Origin: Epiperipatus broadwayi | Lineage: Eukaryota; Animalia; Onychophora | Length of the DNA stretch: 64,000 nt | Direction of reading: 5' to 3' | Assembly (NCBI GenBank): GCA_028023455.1 | Contig: JAQFVV010000004.1 | Span: 12,028,001 to 12,092,000 of the forward strand | Shown: positions 15,241 to 29,516 of the stretch, piece after piece | Layout of the letters: every line of letters begins with the position of its first letter | Position numbering within the stretch: the first letter of the stretch is position 1 | The notes under the pieces: generated by a model | Told to the model about the DNA's origin: nothing | What the model saw: only the letters and a program-made list of their open reading frames with translations | Databases searched by the model: none | Made by a program: the position numbers and the translations under genes

Positions 15241-15395
15241 AATTTCATATGTCTTTGGTCATATGTTTATGATTGCCTCCCTTCACAGGGTGATAAAAGT
15301 GGACAAAAACTAGCTCTTACCTTGTGTGATAGTGATGTAAAATTACACTACAGAAAATTATTGGATAATCTCTAGCCTAATGAATGATTAATAAA
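15241..15395 (+). repeat. Dispersed repeat fragment homologous to the 3' part of 38290-38525
   Basis: Shares catatgtttatgatt...acactac..aa...attattggataatctctag.ctaatga.tga with the 38.4-38.5 kb sequence. Confidence 0.75.
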
Positions 15396-15423
15396 AAAAT
15401 TTAAAATCGATAGTACTTAATAA

Positions 15424-15621
<198 letters not shown>

Positions 15622-17021
15622 CAAAAATGCACAAATGAATGTCTATTACAAAAACCAAAAATTATAAGTAATAATTTTTAATATTTATTTTATCCCATTC
15701 AAACTTTAAATAATAATAATTTTAAACAACAACAAAAAGATAATAATGTCAGAAATGATATAATACTTGTACTCCATATAACTGCAAAAAATATAACCAG
15801 AACAGTAATTGATTTTGAAAATAAATTTTTAACACAGAGCTAAAGCAATTATTTTCGAACAGTTCATATAATTAAATTATAGATACTAAACACATAAAAA
15901 GTCAAAAATTTTATGAATAAATGAAGAATTTGTACAAATATGACAGCCTGGAAACCATATTGTTAATTTCATTTCAAATAAGAAAATTTTCATTTCATGG
16001 AGATAATAAAGAATAGTAATAAATAGACACTATTTCAGACATTGGTAAAAAGAATGATTACTTTTTCCATATTAAAATAGAGAATAATAAACATGACTTG
16101 AATAAGACAACATAAATATAAAATATTTATGAGAAAATAAAGTCATTGAGAATAATAAGACCATGACTTTTATTTCTGTCTTGGGATACTAAAATTTATA
16201 CAATTTGGACAGATATATATAACAATGAAATGAACTTACAATATGTAAAACATTTTACAATGAAAGACATTTCTTTTGCTCATAAAACTGAAAGTAAAAA
16301 TATTGCCATATATAGATTTAATGATTCATGAATAAACAGTTTATATTTATTGCATATATTTAATTTTTACTTCCATGTGAGATCATTAATAACTTAAAAT
16401 GTACAAGCTTAACAAATATAATAAGAACATGGTAAGAAAATATTCAATTTCCATGTAATAAATGATTATTAAGATATAGTAAAGCCTCAAAGTATGCTGA
16501 CCCAAACGTAAATAAACAAACAAAAAAACTCATTAAAATTAATTAATTTAGTACATTTTATGATACACAAGCAAGCATTTTTCAATGTTTAAATACTGTA
16601 TATGATCACATTAAAAAAATTAAAATGTGTAAATAAATGTTACAATACACTAACAGCCCATTTCCATGTAATCATGTTTATTAATAAAAAAAAAGTTCAT
16701 TTACATTAAAAGCAGATTCATTTTATTCTTCCTTTATTATCCTTTCAAAATTTGATATTCAGTAATTCATGTAATAAAATATTTTCTAAGCTTAATGCTA
16801 AATTTTTTTACAAAATTTAAGTACATATTTAATATTGACATTGATTTAAAAACATGAAAACAATTGATAGGTTTTTGCAACAAGACTATTATTAATTTCT
16901 ATAATTGAAAAAAAAAATCACCCAGAGCATATTTAATTGTGAAATAAGGCAGTTATTTTGCTATTCAATTTATTTAAAAAATTTGATACAGTATAATTAT
17001 TTCTTATTCTTATTTTTTCAG

Positions 17022-17058
17022 TGACTCAATAAGTCAACATACCCTCAGTAAAATACAT
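17022..17058 (+). CDS. Putative host-gene internal exon (DSISQHTLSKIH)
   Basis: Strong acceptor ttcttattttttcag, donor CAT|gtaaat; ends in phase 0, compatible with the next candidate exon. Confidence 0.35.
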
Positions 17059-19444
17059 GTAAATGAGACCCCTCAATTTATTATCAAATAATTATATTAC
17101 TTTAAAAAAACTTTGTTTATACCATAATTTTAATTTATATATGCTTACTATACATATATAAAACTATTTGTGTGTTTTATATATATATATAATAGGAATA
17201 ACCCATCCTTGACAATGACCATATAACATGGTCAAAACATTGGAAGAATCTGACATAAAAAATGGTTCATAAAATAAAATAAAACGATTTGAAAAAAAAA
17301 AAATGTTGTAAAGATTTTTAAAAAATATATTTTAAATTTAATGTATTCAACAAAAAAATATAAAATGGCAGATTAATGATTTTTAAATGCTAGAACAAAT
17401 GAGGAAGATGAAATAAATAGACATTAATTTTGTAAAAAAATTAAGTGATATTAAATATCTATATTTTAAAATATGATATTAAAAAATAAATCAAACAATA
17501 ATTTGTGTCAAAAAGCATTTAATTCTAAAAATTTATAATATGAAGCAATTAATGCATAATGCAGGAATAAAATAAAAAATATAAGATAATATATAGAGTA
17601 TAAAGCCTTCAAATTAAAAATTTATCATGAATGTTTAACAACTTTTAATAAAGTAAAGACAATATGAAATAAATAAAACTATTCTTCAGATAAATTTCCA
17701 CTGGATTTTCTATTTCATTTTTTAATATTCAAACTCTATAGAGATATTCATGGAAAGAGCAGAATTATGACTATAGTTTCAGCCAATCATTTCAGATATT
17801 TCCGATTATTTTATTCATAGATAACTTCTAATTTTAATGCCAACCAATCAGTTTTTGAAATTTATATAAACATTAGTTCTGCTCAAAATAAAAATTCCAT
17901 CATTTTAAATTAAAATTATTATTTTTTAAACAACAACAACAAAAGAAAAATAAATATTTTGATACAAATCAAATAGTATTAACTATAAAATAAAAATACT
18001 ATTTACTTGATTAATTTTTAATCAATACCTATCTTGTGATTGGCTTTTGACAAATTCAAGCCAATAGCAACTTTCATTGTAAATGAAAAAATGTACCACA
18101 AAAAATGCAAAATGAAAATAGAAATTTCATTCAGTACAGAATTAAAAACAAACTTTGGTCATGTACATAACAAAACAAAGCATCAATAATAAATTCTAAA
18201 ATGTGTACTACATTACTATAAAAACAACTTTTATTTAACTAATTTCTAATTAATATTTTCATACCAATAGAATTTTTATTTTTCCCTAGGCAAAATGCAT
18301 TATTCTAAATAAAAACAATAACAGCACAAAAAAATCATCACTTTATTAAAACTACAGCAATTAATTGTACTTTACATTTCTAGATCAATTTTTTAATTAA
18401 TTATGACTATATTTACCATAAATAAAATTGGGAAATACTGATTAAAATAATTATCTCCATTTTTTTTTTAAAAAAATTATTAAATACAGAATATCTAAAA
18501 ATAAATTTTTAAATGTGCATTGTGTCAATGTTTTTTTTTATTTGCATGCTTAATTTTAATTAACTAATCATGATTCAGGGAATATTAACCTCATCCTACC
18601 TCACAATGGTATCCATATATTAAAGAAGTATCATTTTTAATATATATATAGTAACTGAAATATTTTTATTATATAGTTAAATTCTGAATAATAAATAAAA
18701 AAAATACCATAGAAGAAATCATCAAAATTGCTTATTTTTTTATAAGATTTTTGATTTATGAGACATTCTGATCAAACAAGCTGTCTGGGGTAAACCTGAT
18801 TAGTTTAAATTCTCTTTAACTTTTAACTAAATTATTATGGCAATATAATTATAGAAAATAGAAACATTGACCAAATTTAAAATAAGGATTTTCATTTATC
18901 ATTAACATAAAAAAGAATAATTTTATTATATTTTTATCACTTTAAAATTAATCAAAAATTAAAAAAAAATTTTTTAATAATAAAATTTAAAGAAAGTTTT
19001 ACCCCTTGGGAACTCAAAGTTTTCAGTTTCTTTTGTTCCAGCTTATTCAAACTTATTTAAGATATTTAGAAGTCTTTTTTTTTTTTTAAAAAAAAAAAGT
19101 AAAAAAAAAACAACTGTTTTTAAGATATTTTTTTCATTAATCTTAGAATTAATATCATTGTATACTATATGTGATTTAATACATGCTATGGGTTTTAAAA
19201 ACAGCAAGACTTATGTATAAATAGTAATTAATTAGTAAATTTTTTATCAGATGTCATCTATGCTTATATACGTATTTTATAGCAGAGATATTAGTGAATT
19301 TAAGTTCTCTTCATTGACTTGTATTCACAAAAAAAGCTGGGTTGCAAATAGATTACCTTTAAGATATATTCTAGTAAACAGATAAAGCAATGCTGACAGT
19401 CTAAACTCACATTCATCTTTTACATCTCTGAATTTCATGTACAG

Positions 19445-19526
19445 CAAGCAATATCTGATATACGCATTGGTCAATGGCCTCCACAGAGGCCTATGCATTT
19501 TTCTATGGGATTTCCATACTTTTCTA
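19445..19526 (+). CDS. Putative host-gene exon (QAISDIRIGQWPPQRPMHFSMGFPYFS)
   Basis: Acceptor tttcatgtacag, donor CTA|gtatga, open and protein-like, less AT-rich than its flanks. Product not recognised. Confidence 0.45.
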
Positions 19527-19765
19527 GTATGAAAATGTAGCAACTACTTACTTATGACTCCATCTACCCTAATTCAGTTAAAACAACCCAATAACAATTT
19601 GGAGTAAAGGAATAAGTTAACTATTTTTCCTTCCTAATTATTAAAAACAAGATTATAACAACAATACAATATTATTACTGCATATATTACATTTAAACAA
19701 AATATGTTTAAAAATAGTTTCTTAATTAAAATTTTTCCTTAATATTTTTAATCTTACAAAGATAG

Positions 19766-19818
19766 CAGCTGATCTAAAAGATGCAGAAACAATTCTTATA
19801 TATTGTGAAAAATATCAG
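19766..19818 (+). CDS. Putative host-gene exon ([T]ADLKDAETILIYCEKYQ)
   Basis: AG at 19764-19765 gives phase-1 continuity with the previous exon; donor CAG|gtgcat. Confidence 0.45.
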
Positions 19819-20640
19819 GTGCATGAGTTCAATGTCTTGTTAGCTATATATTTGTGTATGACTAATATTAATCCATAATGTTTAAGTTGTCAGTTTAATT
19901 ATAATATATAATGTTACTAAGCATTCTCAAAACATTTTTGCAAACATTTAAAAAGTATTTATGTCTTGAGCAAAAACAACAATATTTGTGATGACTGTTA
20001 CAGACATTTTGCAAAGCCAATTATTGAAGATTCTTATTAATTAATAAGAATTTTGTTATTTTGAAGCTGATAGAAAGAATAACATAGAACTATATACAAA
20101 GATTTATTAATTATTGGCTTCAAATTGAATGCTATTAAAGACGTATATATATATTTTTATAAAAATATCAATAAACAATATTTTAATAATGAAAGTTCTT
20201 AACTATCCTGTTTATAAAAAATATCAAACAAAAAATAATAAAGAATTTTTCCAATGATTTCCAAATAAGTATACATACTCCTAATACTAATGGATCTATT
20301 AATAATTCTAAAGATCACATTAATCATGAATCAATTCCCCAAGTTGTTTATAAAATAGCTTACCCTAAAATAGGTGAAAGGAGACCCTTTGATTCCTCTT
20401 GGAGGCTTTAAAGGAACCGAGCAGGGCAAATTCCTAATGTCCACTCCATACGTTCTTGTCGTTGCAGCTGTTATTACTATGTGTTTATTCATATAGTATA
20501 CGAACATGGATGGGCTGCTCACCAACATGCATTAGCCAGCATGGTGAGTTTATTGGCTTTTTACCTCTGAGTTTAAGATCAAGAAACACCATGGTCTGTC
20601 TTCTCAATGCCTGATAGGGCAGAATGAATGTTTGTGTAAA

Positions 20641-20676
<36 letters not shown>

Positions 20677-20712
20677 CATGTGTAAATATATATATATATA
20701 TATATGAAACAT

Positions 20713-21150
20713 GTGCTAATATTGCCAACAGGATATAGCAACACAAGTATTTGTATAATAAAGCTAAAATTAAAGATGAAACAAAATCAATATTTTGGGA
20801 GCACCAAATTACAATGAATCATATTTTTGAACCTTCAGAAGCTAGCATTATTTGTTCCAAAAGAAATGATATTAAAAGAAAAGTAAAAGAGGCATATATA
20901 ATAGCCAATAATAACAATGCTATTAGTAAAAGAGAAACTTGCTTTACTCTTTCCAAGGCATGGAATATTTAATTATTTGAATATATAAATATTTTATATA
21001 AAGAACATTTACACAAATTTAAAAACGTTATTTATCATTCATTATATGTTAAATAGCTATGATTATGGGGTTTAAAGATTGCCATGAAAGCGACTCAGCT
21101 ATAAAGCTATAAAATTTAATTAAAACCCTCACTTATTTATATGTATGTAG
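20713..21150 (+). mobile_element. Penelope-like element 3' fragment (C-terminal half of GIY-YIG endonuclease + pLTR remnant)
   Basis: 'QHKYLYNKAK...EHQ...KRKVKEAYII' parallels the 29 kb endonuclease ('QHKYTYNRAR...KRKIKESYII'); starts at a (TA)n tract. Confidence 0.8.
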
Positions 21151-23437
21151 CATATTTATTATTAATTAATATAAAAGATACTTTTTTGGTTTATATTTTT
21201 AGCAACATCTGTTTCTATTATTTGAAGAGAATATGCTTTATTTTTATATTTCTTTGTTTAATAATTTCTAGACTGTAACTGAAAATAAATAAAAAAATCC
21301 TGTGTTATATTATATAAATATAACAAATACAAATTTATTAGTATTTGTATTTGTTTTTTGCATGATAGCACATGCATGCCAAATTTTCTTTGACCATATT
21401 CTCTGCAGAGTTAAGTATAAGCATGAAAACAAATTTTACAACTACTATAAATGTCCATTAAATAAAACATTATTTTTTTTTAGATCAACTATCAGAACAA
21501 TAAAAAAGAAAAGGTTTGTGAATAACTGATGAGTTGTCAGATTTAAAAAAAGTTTTGCAATATAAAAATCAGGAAAAGTAAAATAAAATTATTACTAATA
21601 TTATAGAGAAAAAAGATCTTGCTTGCTGAGGAAAAGACAATTATCACTACTTTATATCCTCTAAAAGCAAAAATAATTATTAAAAATTATAAAAATCTGT
21701 ACGATTAGCAGTAAAGTTGTTCCTACTTATGTGGACAATGTGATCAAGTGAAAAAAATTTTAATATCTTCCAAATGTCTGCAATAAATATCTAACATTAT
21801 TCTCAATTAGAATCAGCTAGCTGGGAAAGAATAAATCAACCAGGAGCACAAATATATGCTAGTTGATCTGGTGAAATAACATAGGTTTTAAAAAACTATA
21901 AAAACGTCAACACTAATTAGATATTCTAAATCAAACTCGGTTTTTGCAGGAGACAATTAAACTTAATTTTTTTAATGTAAACTGTCTGCAGAAATTAGAT
22001 ATAACTGCACGTGTACAATATAGCTCCCAAATAAATGAATAAAAAATACCAGATAATTATTTTTCTAACATTTTTTATGAGTATTTAATTTTTAGATATT
22101 GCTGTTTGTTTTGTATATATTACATTTATTGTATGTTTGCCAACCCAAAGAATAATGTTTTCATTATTCTTTACTGTAACAGCTAAGTAGATTTTTCGTG
22201 CTTACATGTAGATTTAGTTGTCATATTTTGAAAATTAAATAATTCATCTTTAATGAAGCAAGAAATGAAGTAATCTATCTGGAAGTATAGATCAAGTTAG
22301 CTGTACATTTGTAATATGTGGGTTTATGTATGTAGATTACCCACCTTTCATGAAATCAATCATTATTATTAAGGTACATTTTATTGAAAACTATCCATGA
22401 AATTGATTTTATTCTTCAATTTAAACAGTCCAATTCTTATATGTATACAATTGTCTTATAAATAAATTCATAATTAAGTCAACATCTATTCTCTGGTTTT
22501 ATATATTTTATTAAACTTGAATGATAAAAATATAGGAATGAGTGAGAGATGTTGTTTATCTGTTGGATAGTTAATCTGTATTTAGATTGTTGCATCAATT
22601 ATATAAATCAAAAAATGATTCTAGATAAGAGAAAGTCAATGAAATAGCTTGGTGATTATTTTGTGTGTTAAAGTATTGGTAGAGATGAGTGAGATGGCAG
22701 TAATACTGAAGTCATACTTAATTTAACACATTATCATGAACATGATCATGAACATCATCTTATTTAATTTACTATAACAATTATTTAATCTAGTCTGTAA
22801 TTTGGATCAATGATTATCATGTAATTAATATGCCAACAAGTGATTAGAAAGACAGAGATACATAGACATTATGAATTTTTTGATTTCAGCCATTTTTAAA
22901 CTCTTCTCATTACCACACACTACATTATGAGTCATATTGCAATTTAAAATTATTTATATGTGTATATTCAGAACTCACATTTGGAAATCTTTCAGATCTT
23001 TAAGTCATTCTCTGATTTATATAATTAGTGTGGCTAGAATGGGACTTTAATCTTGAAAATTGTATTGTTATCACACCTGTATTATTAGCATTCATCACTA
23101 TCTTGACTATATCCATTAATGTGATTTAATAAATTTATATCTACTTCTTTAAGTATTTCTAATTTTATTCATTAAAGGATTTTAACAATGTTCCAATAAT
23201 CATTTAAATTAAAAATGTATTAAACAACCTCCACAAAATTAAAAACTAAAAAAAATAATTATCATCTGATTTCTTTAAGTAAATGAATATACAATTTTGT
23301 ATCAAATAAAAACATTTCATTTATCATTAAATGAACAGTAGAATCACAATTCATTGTTATGTTTTTTTACGCTTATTACATAACTATTATTCAAATCAAT
23401 TCCATTGGTTTGAAACTTTCTTTAACTTAATTTACAG

Positions 23438-23544
23438 ATCAACAGTGGATGCCTGAATGGGATTTTAAATATCCTAATTTAAAAAGAACGAAAAAACTGC
23501 ATTTGCAATTTGGATTAACATTTTGGATTATACGTTCGACATAA
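23438..23544 (+). CDS. Possible terminal exon ([D]QQWMPEWDFKYPNLKRTKKLHLQFGLTFWIIRST*)
   Basis: Good acceptor ctttctttaacttaatttacag; reading frame not certain. Confidence 0.3.
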
Positions 23545-24819
23545 AACATACACAACAAAACACTATATTGGAAGTTTTTTTTACTATTTTTTTTCTTCCT
23601 TTAAAAAAAAACCACATTTGTCATATTGACATTAATATTTTTAGTATTCTAATTGTATACATTAATATTTTTTAAGTAAGTATTGCTTTGTATGTAAATA
23701 CGTTATCTGCTCTTGAGACATTTAAATAAGAAGGAAATATAATATAATGTCCCATGTAATATCATAAGTGATTCTAATTTGTCAACACCTACAGATATAT
23801 CATAAATTTTAACATTTAAGTTGAATTCTAAATACAGACTTTCAATCATTAAGATAAAATTAAATTATAAATAACTGATAGTTTTCACAATTTAGTACAT
23901 TAGCAGAGTAGTCAATTCAAAAGCAAAAGGCTACTAGATCGATTGCCAGCTGAGAAATTAAAAAAAAAAGCAGTAGTTGATGAAATGAATTTCAAGAAAG
24001 TCACATGAGCCCCCTTCCCCCTTAATTAAGCAAGTAACCTTAAGAATTTTATTATGACAAAATAACAAAAATAAAAGTTATTTCCTGAAAATATAAAAAT
24101 GAAATTTATAGACGGAATTAAAATTCACTAGTATTTTTAAAAGTAAATTTATTGACTATCAATACAAAGTAGAAATAGTAAAGCAAACTGCAAAGGGGGA
24201 AAAACAAATAAATTGTCTTGAATCATGATGAGCCTTGGGACAGTTTGAGCAACATGTAATCTTTTCAGCAGTCTTGTCATTCTTCTTTAAATTAAGAGTT
24301 CAGTATCTTTACTTGACAAAACATGGGCAGGGAACCAAAACCTATTCCCAGCCTTACGACCATTATAGGAGAGCTGATCATTTGGATCTCAATCGCCGAA
24401 ACGGGTACACCTAGTCTTGTAATCTAGTAAAATTTATAATTCAATTAAATGAAAAACATAGACTATTTAAGTCAAGCTACAATAGAAAGCAGAATAAAAT
24501 TCACAACTATCAATCAAATGAAATAGTAGAAATTTTTCGGAAAATAATTTTTTTCACTTGATTTCATTTTTGTGAATTGTCCAAAACTGGATAACATTTG
24601 CTTTTAGTAAGCTAAAAAACCCAGTAATAAATAGTTTGTTTCATTAAGATATACATGATGGAATTAGATTGTATACTGTTTGTCTGAAATTTTGGGATGA
24701 TGGTATTTTAGCTGTATTTACATGTTGGACTATTTCCATCATCTAACATTAAATCATGAATTTCTTTAGAAAAAAATTTAAACTTTAGAATTCTAATTAC
24801 ACATAAGGTGTTGCTTGTC

Positions 24820-25041
24820 TGACAAGTGACAGTATTAGCATCAGAATTGAATTTGGACTTTTAGATTATTGAGTAATGAATTTAAAGGTAACAATCTTTA
24901 GATTCTTGAATATTGAATTTCAAGGTAATGCTCTAATCAACTGAGCCATTTTGCCAAAGGCTAAATGTATTATCTTAAAATTCAATACTCAAAAATTTAA
25001 AGATCCAGGTTCAATTCCCATGCTCATACTGTCACTGGTCA
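24820..25041. mobile_element. Head-to-head inverted pair of tRNA-derived SINE heads
   Basis: Minus copy has an A-box-like TGGCTCAGTTGATTAGAGC; plus copy has a B-box-like GGTTCAATTCC; 24826-24883 and ~24978-25035 are inverted homologues. Confidence 0.6.
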
Positions 25042-28000
25042 ATCCAGCAACATTTGAAGAAGAGAGGAGAATAATATTACTGGAAATGTTTTGTTTATAT
25101 GCTAACCTATGTGTAACTACTAACAATTGAATATAATTAAAAAATTTAAATAAAGTTGTCTAAAGTCATTCATGATTTAATGTTAGATGATGAAAATAGT
25201 CTAACATATAAGTTACAGCTAGATTATATATGCTTTACTTATATCAAATTCTAAAATAATTTTTCCCCAGTTTTCATGATGGGATTTTAAAAAATAAAAA
25301 AAATAATTTTCTAATAGATGAGTATACCGTTATAGTTAACACATAGTAAAATAACAACTAAGAAATTGCTATCATAGTAATAAAAAAACTATTTATTGAT
25401 CAGGTACTGGCAGTGAGAGGTCTGGAATGTACCATTATTAATGGACATTAAACTCCAGAGTCTGCTTATCAGACAAAGCAACTTAATAGTTATCATGATT
25501 AAGTTGCAGATAAATTTATTATGCATATAAGCAAAACTGAATTGTTGCCATTTTTGAAATTCCCTTGCATAAAAATAACGATCACATAATTTCAAAATAT
25601 TTTTATAAATTACAGCTTTCAACATCAGAGGATATAATACGTATTATGCATATATAAATAAATGCACTTGTAACATTACAAAATTTCTAGTACAATCAAA
25701 ATGTTTTTTTAACTTTATTTTTGCAACATTTTATAGAGTCATAGAAAACCATAATTTCTAAAGCAAAATAATAAATGATAACGGAGAAGATGATTTGCAT
25801 CTTGAGCTGATTTGAGCCATTCAATTGTAAAAGTATATAACTTATGAATAACTAATATCACTTGAAGTAAGTTTAAAGCACAACCCCAATGAGCATCTGA
25901 TAATCAAACCAAGTAACATTTTCTATTTAGAATTATTCAACATCAACTCCCCTTTATTAGCCTATAAATGTCTCTCAACTATTAATATAATTCTTGTGAA
26001 TATAAGTTTTTAAATAAGTGAGAAAATGACATATAATAATAATATTGGGCAATAATTTTTTGGATCATTGTTAGATTTCACTTTAAGATTGTTATAGTTT
26101 TGCTCTATGAAATGTTTTAATAATTTTCATAAGTAATTAATAAAAATACAACTTAAGCTATATACAGTATATGTTCTTTTTTTAAGTAATAATGAAAAGA
26201 CATTCAATTAAGATTATCCCTTTGTAGCATATTAAATCTTTAAAATATTAGATATAATTAAAGTATTTTGATATTTATATTTAACTTTGATGTTATATTA
26301 ATAAATATTTATCAAGTAATTTGAAAGTATTGCTCCCATTTACTTGTGTAGAACATTTATGGGAAATCTTAATATATAAGAGCAGATTAAGCATTTTTCT
26401 CCATTATAATATATATATTGTATCAGTATAAAGGTGGCTAATAGTGTGTTGCTACGAGATAGAAACTATTGGAATTAAATTAAATCCTATCGTAAATAAG
26501 ATTGACCTAAGTAGAGTAAAGAGATCTTAAGTATTTTTATCAGAATTTCTCCACTTATACAAATACAATGTTTTGGACAAATTATTTAATAATAAATGCT
26601 AGCTCTTAAAATATACAAATATAAAATAATGATTTCGATACTAAATAATTTATATTTTCAGGATATTATTTATAATAGATATATTGGTTGAGAGAGTAAT
26701 CAATTCCCAATTCAATAGTAGATAAAGTAATAATAATAATTTATTTACAAGTAATAAGCAGACTAGAAATATATAAAGAATAACATTTAAATGAATTTAT
26801 TATGGTATATTAGTGTCAAATATTTGGACCTATAGTGGTACAGAACAATAGACATATTTGTAACTAAGGGGAAACGTGTGTGTTTGTAATTACAGCTTAA
26901 TAGAGAAATGTAAATGAATATTTAACTTATAATGATTTAATTAATCTAATGAATACAAGAAATCTCAAATAGGTTATTTATAGCTGTCTAAATTGATGAG
27001 GTTATAGTTTGGAACAATTGTGATTATTTTCCCTTAATTGTATTTATGTTTATGCCATTCATCCTTAAAACAAAATAACTAGTATGAATAATTATAATAA
27101 ACGTAAGTAAATTCTGAAATAGGACTTAGTAATCTGTGATGGGCATAAATCGCTTGATAAATAAATGACTCTTAAATGTTTCACAATTGATAAAATATTC
27201 CATATTAGCAAAACACAAGAATATAAAATATTGTTGAAAGGTTTTCTATTAGTAAATAATGTAATTTTGATCAGGATCCTCTGAGAATAATAATTTGTTT
27301 ATTAGTTGCTATGTACACTTTATTCCTATGGTATGTCAAATACGATTGAGCTGTAACCTTAAAATATTCATGTAATTTTGTTATTTTATTTCTTAACAAA
27401 GATAATTATACTTTATTCCTTATATTATGTGATGATCATTAAATATAAGAAAGTATATTCATTACAAATTCAGTTGATAGGTATGAAATAATCCAATAAA
27501 TGATATTGCAAAGTTGTAATGACATTAAATAGAATCTAAAGATTGATATTTCATTATGGATAATCCTCTTATTTTACATATATATTTTAGAATTATTACT
27601 TGATTTCTTTAATAATAATATCTGTTAATATTTCATATTAAAGACATTTACATTTATTTGAAGCTGAGTAGACATTCCTTAAATATTTTGATGAACAAAA
27701 ATTATTTAGAACATGAGTTCTAAAATGATACAGTCATTGCTAAGCCATTGATTTACATTTTTGTTTGCTTGGGGAATAGACATTAAACTCTTTTATGTTT
27801 CCATGAAATAGATTTTCTTTATATACAGATTTTCAAATATACACATTGTTGCTTTTGTGATGAAATAAAGTTTATTAAAGTTCAACTGTCCTCTGTACCA
27901 GATAAATGTATAAAAACAGAAATATGTTTTAAAAGAAAGAAAGAAATATCATTTATTTTTGCTGAAGATAAATCACAAATTGTTTTATATCATTGAGTTG

Positions 28001-28933
28001 AATAATATAATCTGTTATTGAGGTTATGTATAACGTACTCATGATTTTCTTATAAGATTTTTCAAGCAATTATTATTATTGCTAAACATTATTCAAAAGA
28101 TTAATCATACTCACATATAAGAGATTTATACATCAAATTATTAAATTGTTTGTTCCTTAGTGTTATTGTTACAATTATAGCAATGAATACATATATATAT
28201 ATAGATGATGGTTATTAACTCCAAAATAATGCAATGAGTTACTTTTTTAATATAAAAAATGAGTGGTATGTGATGCTGTTTTTGGTTTGGGGCTTTTTGG
28301 AGAGGTCTACCCATATGGAACAATATACATTAATTGGCAGAAGTTAAATTGATATATATAATAAATCAAGTAAATCAATTGAAAATGAAAACATAATCAG
28401 AATCAAATTCCTTGCCAAGGCAGACATCTCAAATACAAAATAATACAAAACAATATATACAAAACCATGCTTTCACAATTACAATTCACATTCTGATTAC
28501 CTTTAATATTAAAAAAATTTTGAACATATTAGTAGTTTCAAAATCTTAAATTTTTATTAAAAGAGGTTCTTTAATTTTTTTTTTCTCTTTATTTTTCTCA
28601 AAGAAGACAATTTTAATCTCCTCAAATATAATCTTATGGCCACTATTTCTCTCATAAATATGTAATCTAAAAATAAATTAATTTTTTATTCTACTTTTAC
28701 AAATTTTTACTCCTTCATTTAAATTCAAACTACTTTAACCTATATATAATTTCTAACAAAAAAGTAATATAAACAATTTCAGAAATTGTATTCCTTTCAA
28801 TTCTTTCTTTTATATTATTTAAATAAATAAATAAATAATACTTCTGTATATAATATAAAAATAATATAAATAACAATTCGTGTCAATTGTTAATACAGAG
28901 TTTAATATAAATAAATAAAAACAAATATTATTT

Positions 28934-28969
28934 CCAAGCACTTTCAACTCGTATGAGTCCTTATCAAGG
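28934..28969 (-). ncRNA. Second copy of the U3-A8 hammerhead motif, in the 3' pLTR
   Basis: Same as 33093-33128 except the stem II loop is AUAC. Confidence 0.55.
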
Positions 28970-29014
28970 CAGTGTAAATAATTCTATTTTCTCCTAGGTG
29001 ATGAATCTAACATT

Positions 29015-29516
29015 TCATTGTATTGGCCAGGAACAACTAATCGGAAAGCTGGTTAATTTTGAATTCATAGCACAAGATGAATTTTGTATAATATATGATT
29101 CTTTAATCTTGCGTTTTTTATCATGTGTTTCATTCATTAATATTGTAAAATCATTTGGACTACATATATGGCCTGTATTATTTTGGTGAACATAAAAAGT
29201 TGAATAAACTGTATCATCTTCTCTTGCTCTATTATAAGTATATTTATGTTGTTGAAGGCGATATTTAATATTTGTTTTGGTTTCTCCAACATATATTGCA
29301 CTACAATTTATTTGTGGGAATCTAATAGAGTATACAACACTGCTTTTATCCTCCTTATTTATTATTTCTTTAGAATTATTTATTAACTTATTAAGGTTAG
29401 GTGGAGTTCTCCATGCTAATCGAAAATCTTGACTTAAAACCTTTATTATATTTTTATTAATATTGGGAATAAAAGCTAATAACATCCATGGTTTATTATT
29501 CACATTGTAATGGTCA
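29015..29516 (-). CDS. Linker + GIY-YIG endonuclease of the same PLE ORF
   Basis: 'SVVYSIRFPQINCSAIYVGETKTNIKYRLQQH...KRKIKESYII'. Confidence 0.9.

Noticed and set aside
19325-19543. Minus-strand 72-aa ORF with apparent splice sites (19411-19523)
   Set aside because: It is antisense to a + strand exon that chains in phase with two neighbours, and I found no partner exons on the minus strand; not fully excluded.
21526-21550. CTGATGAG near 21526
   Set aside because: No downstream GAAA or pairing arms.
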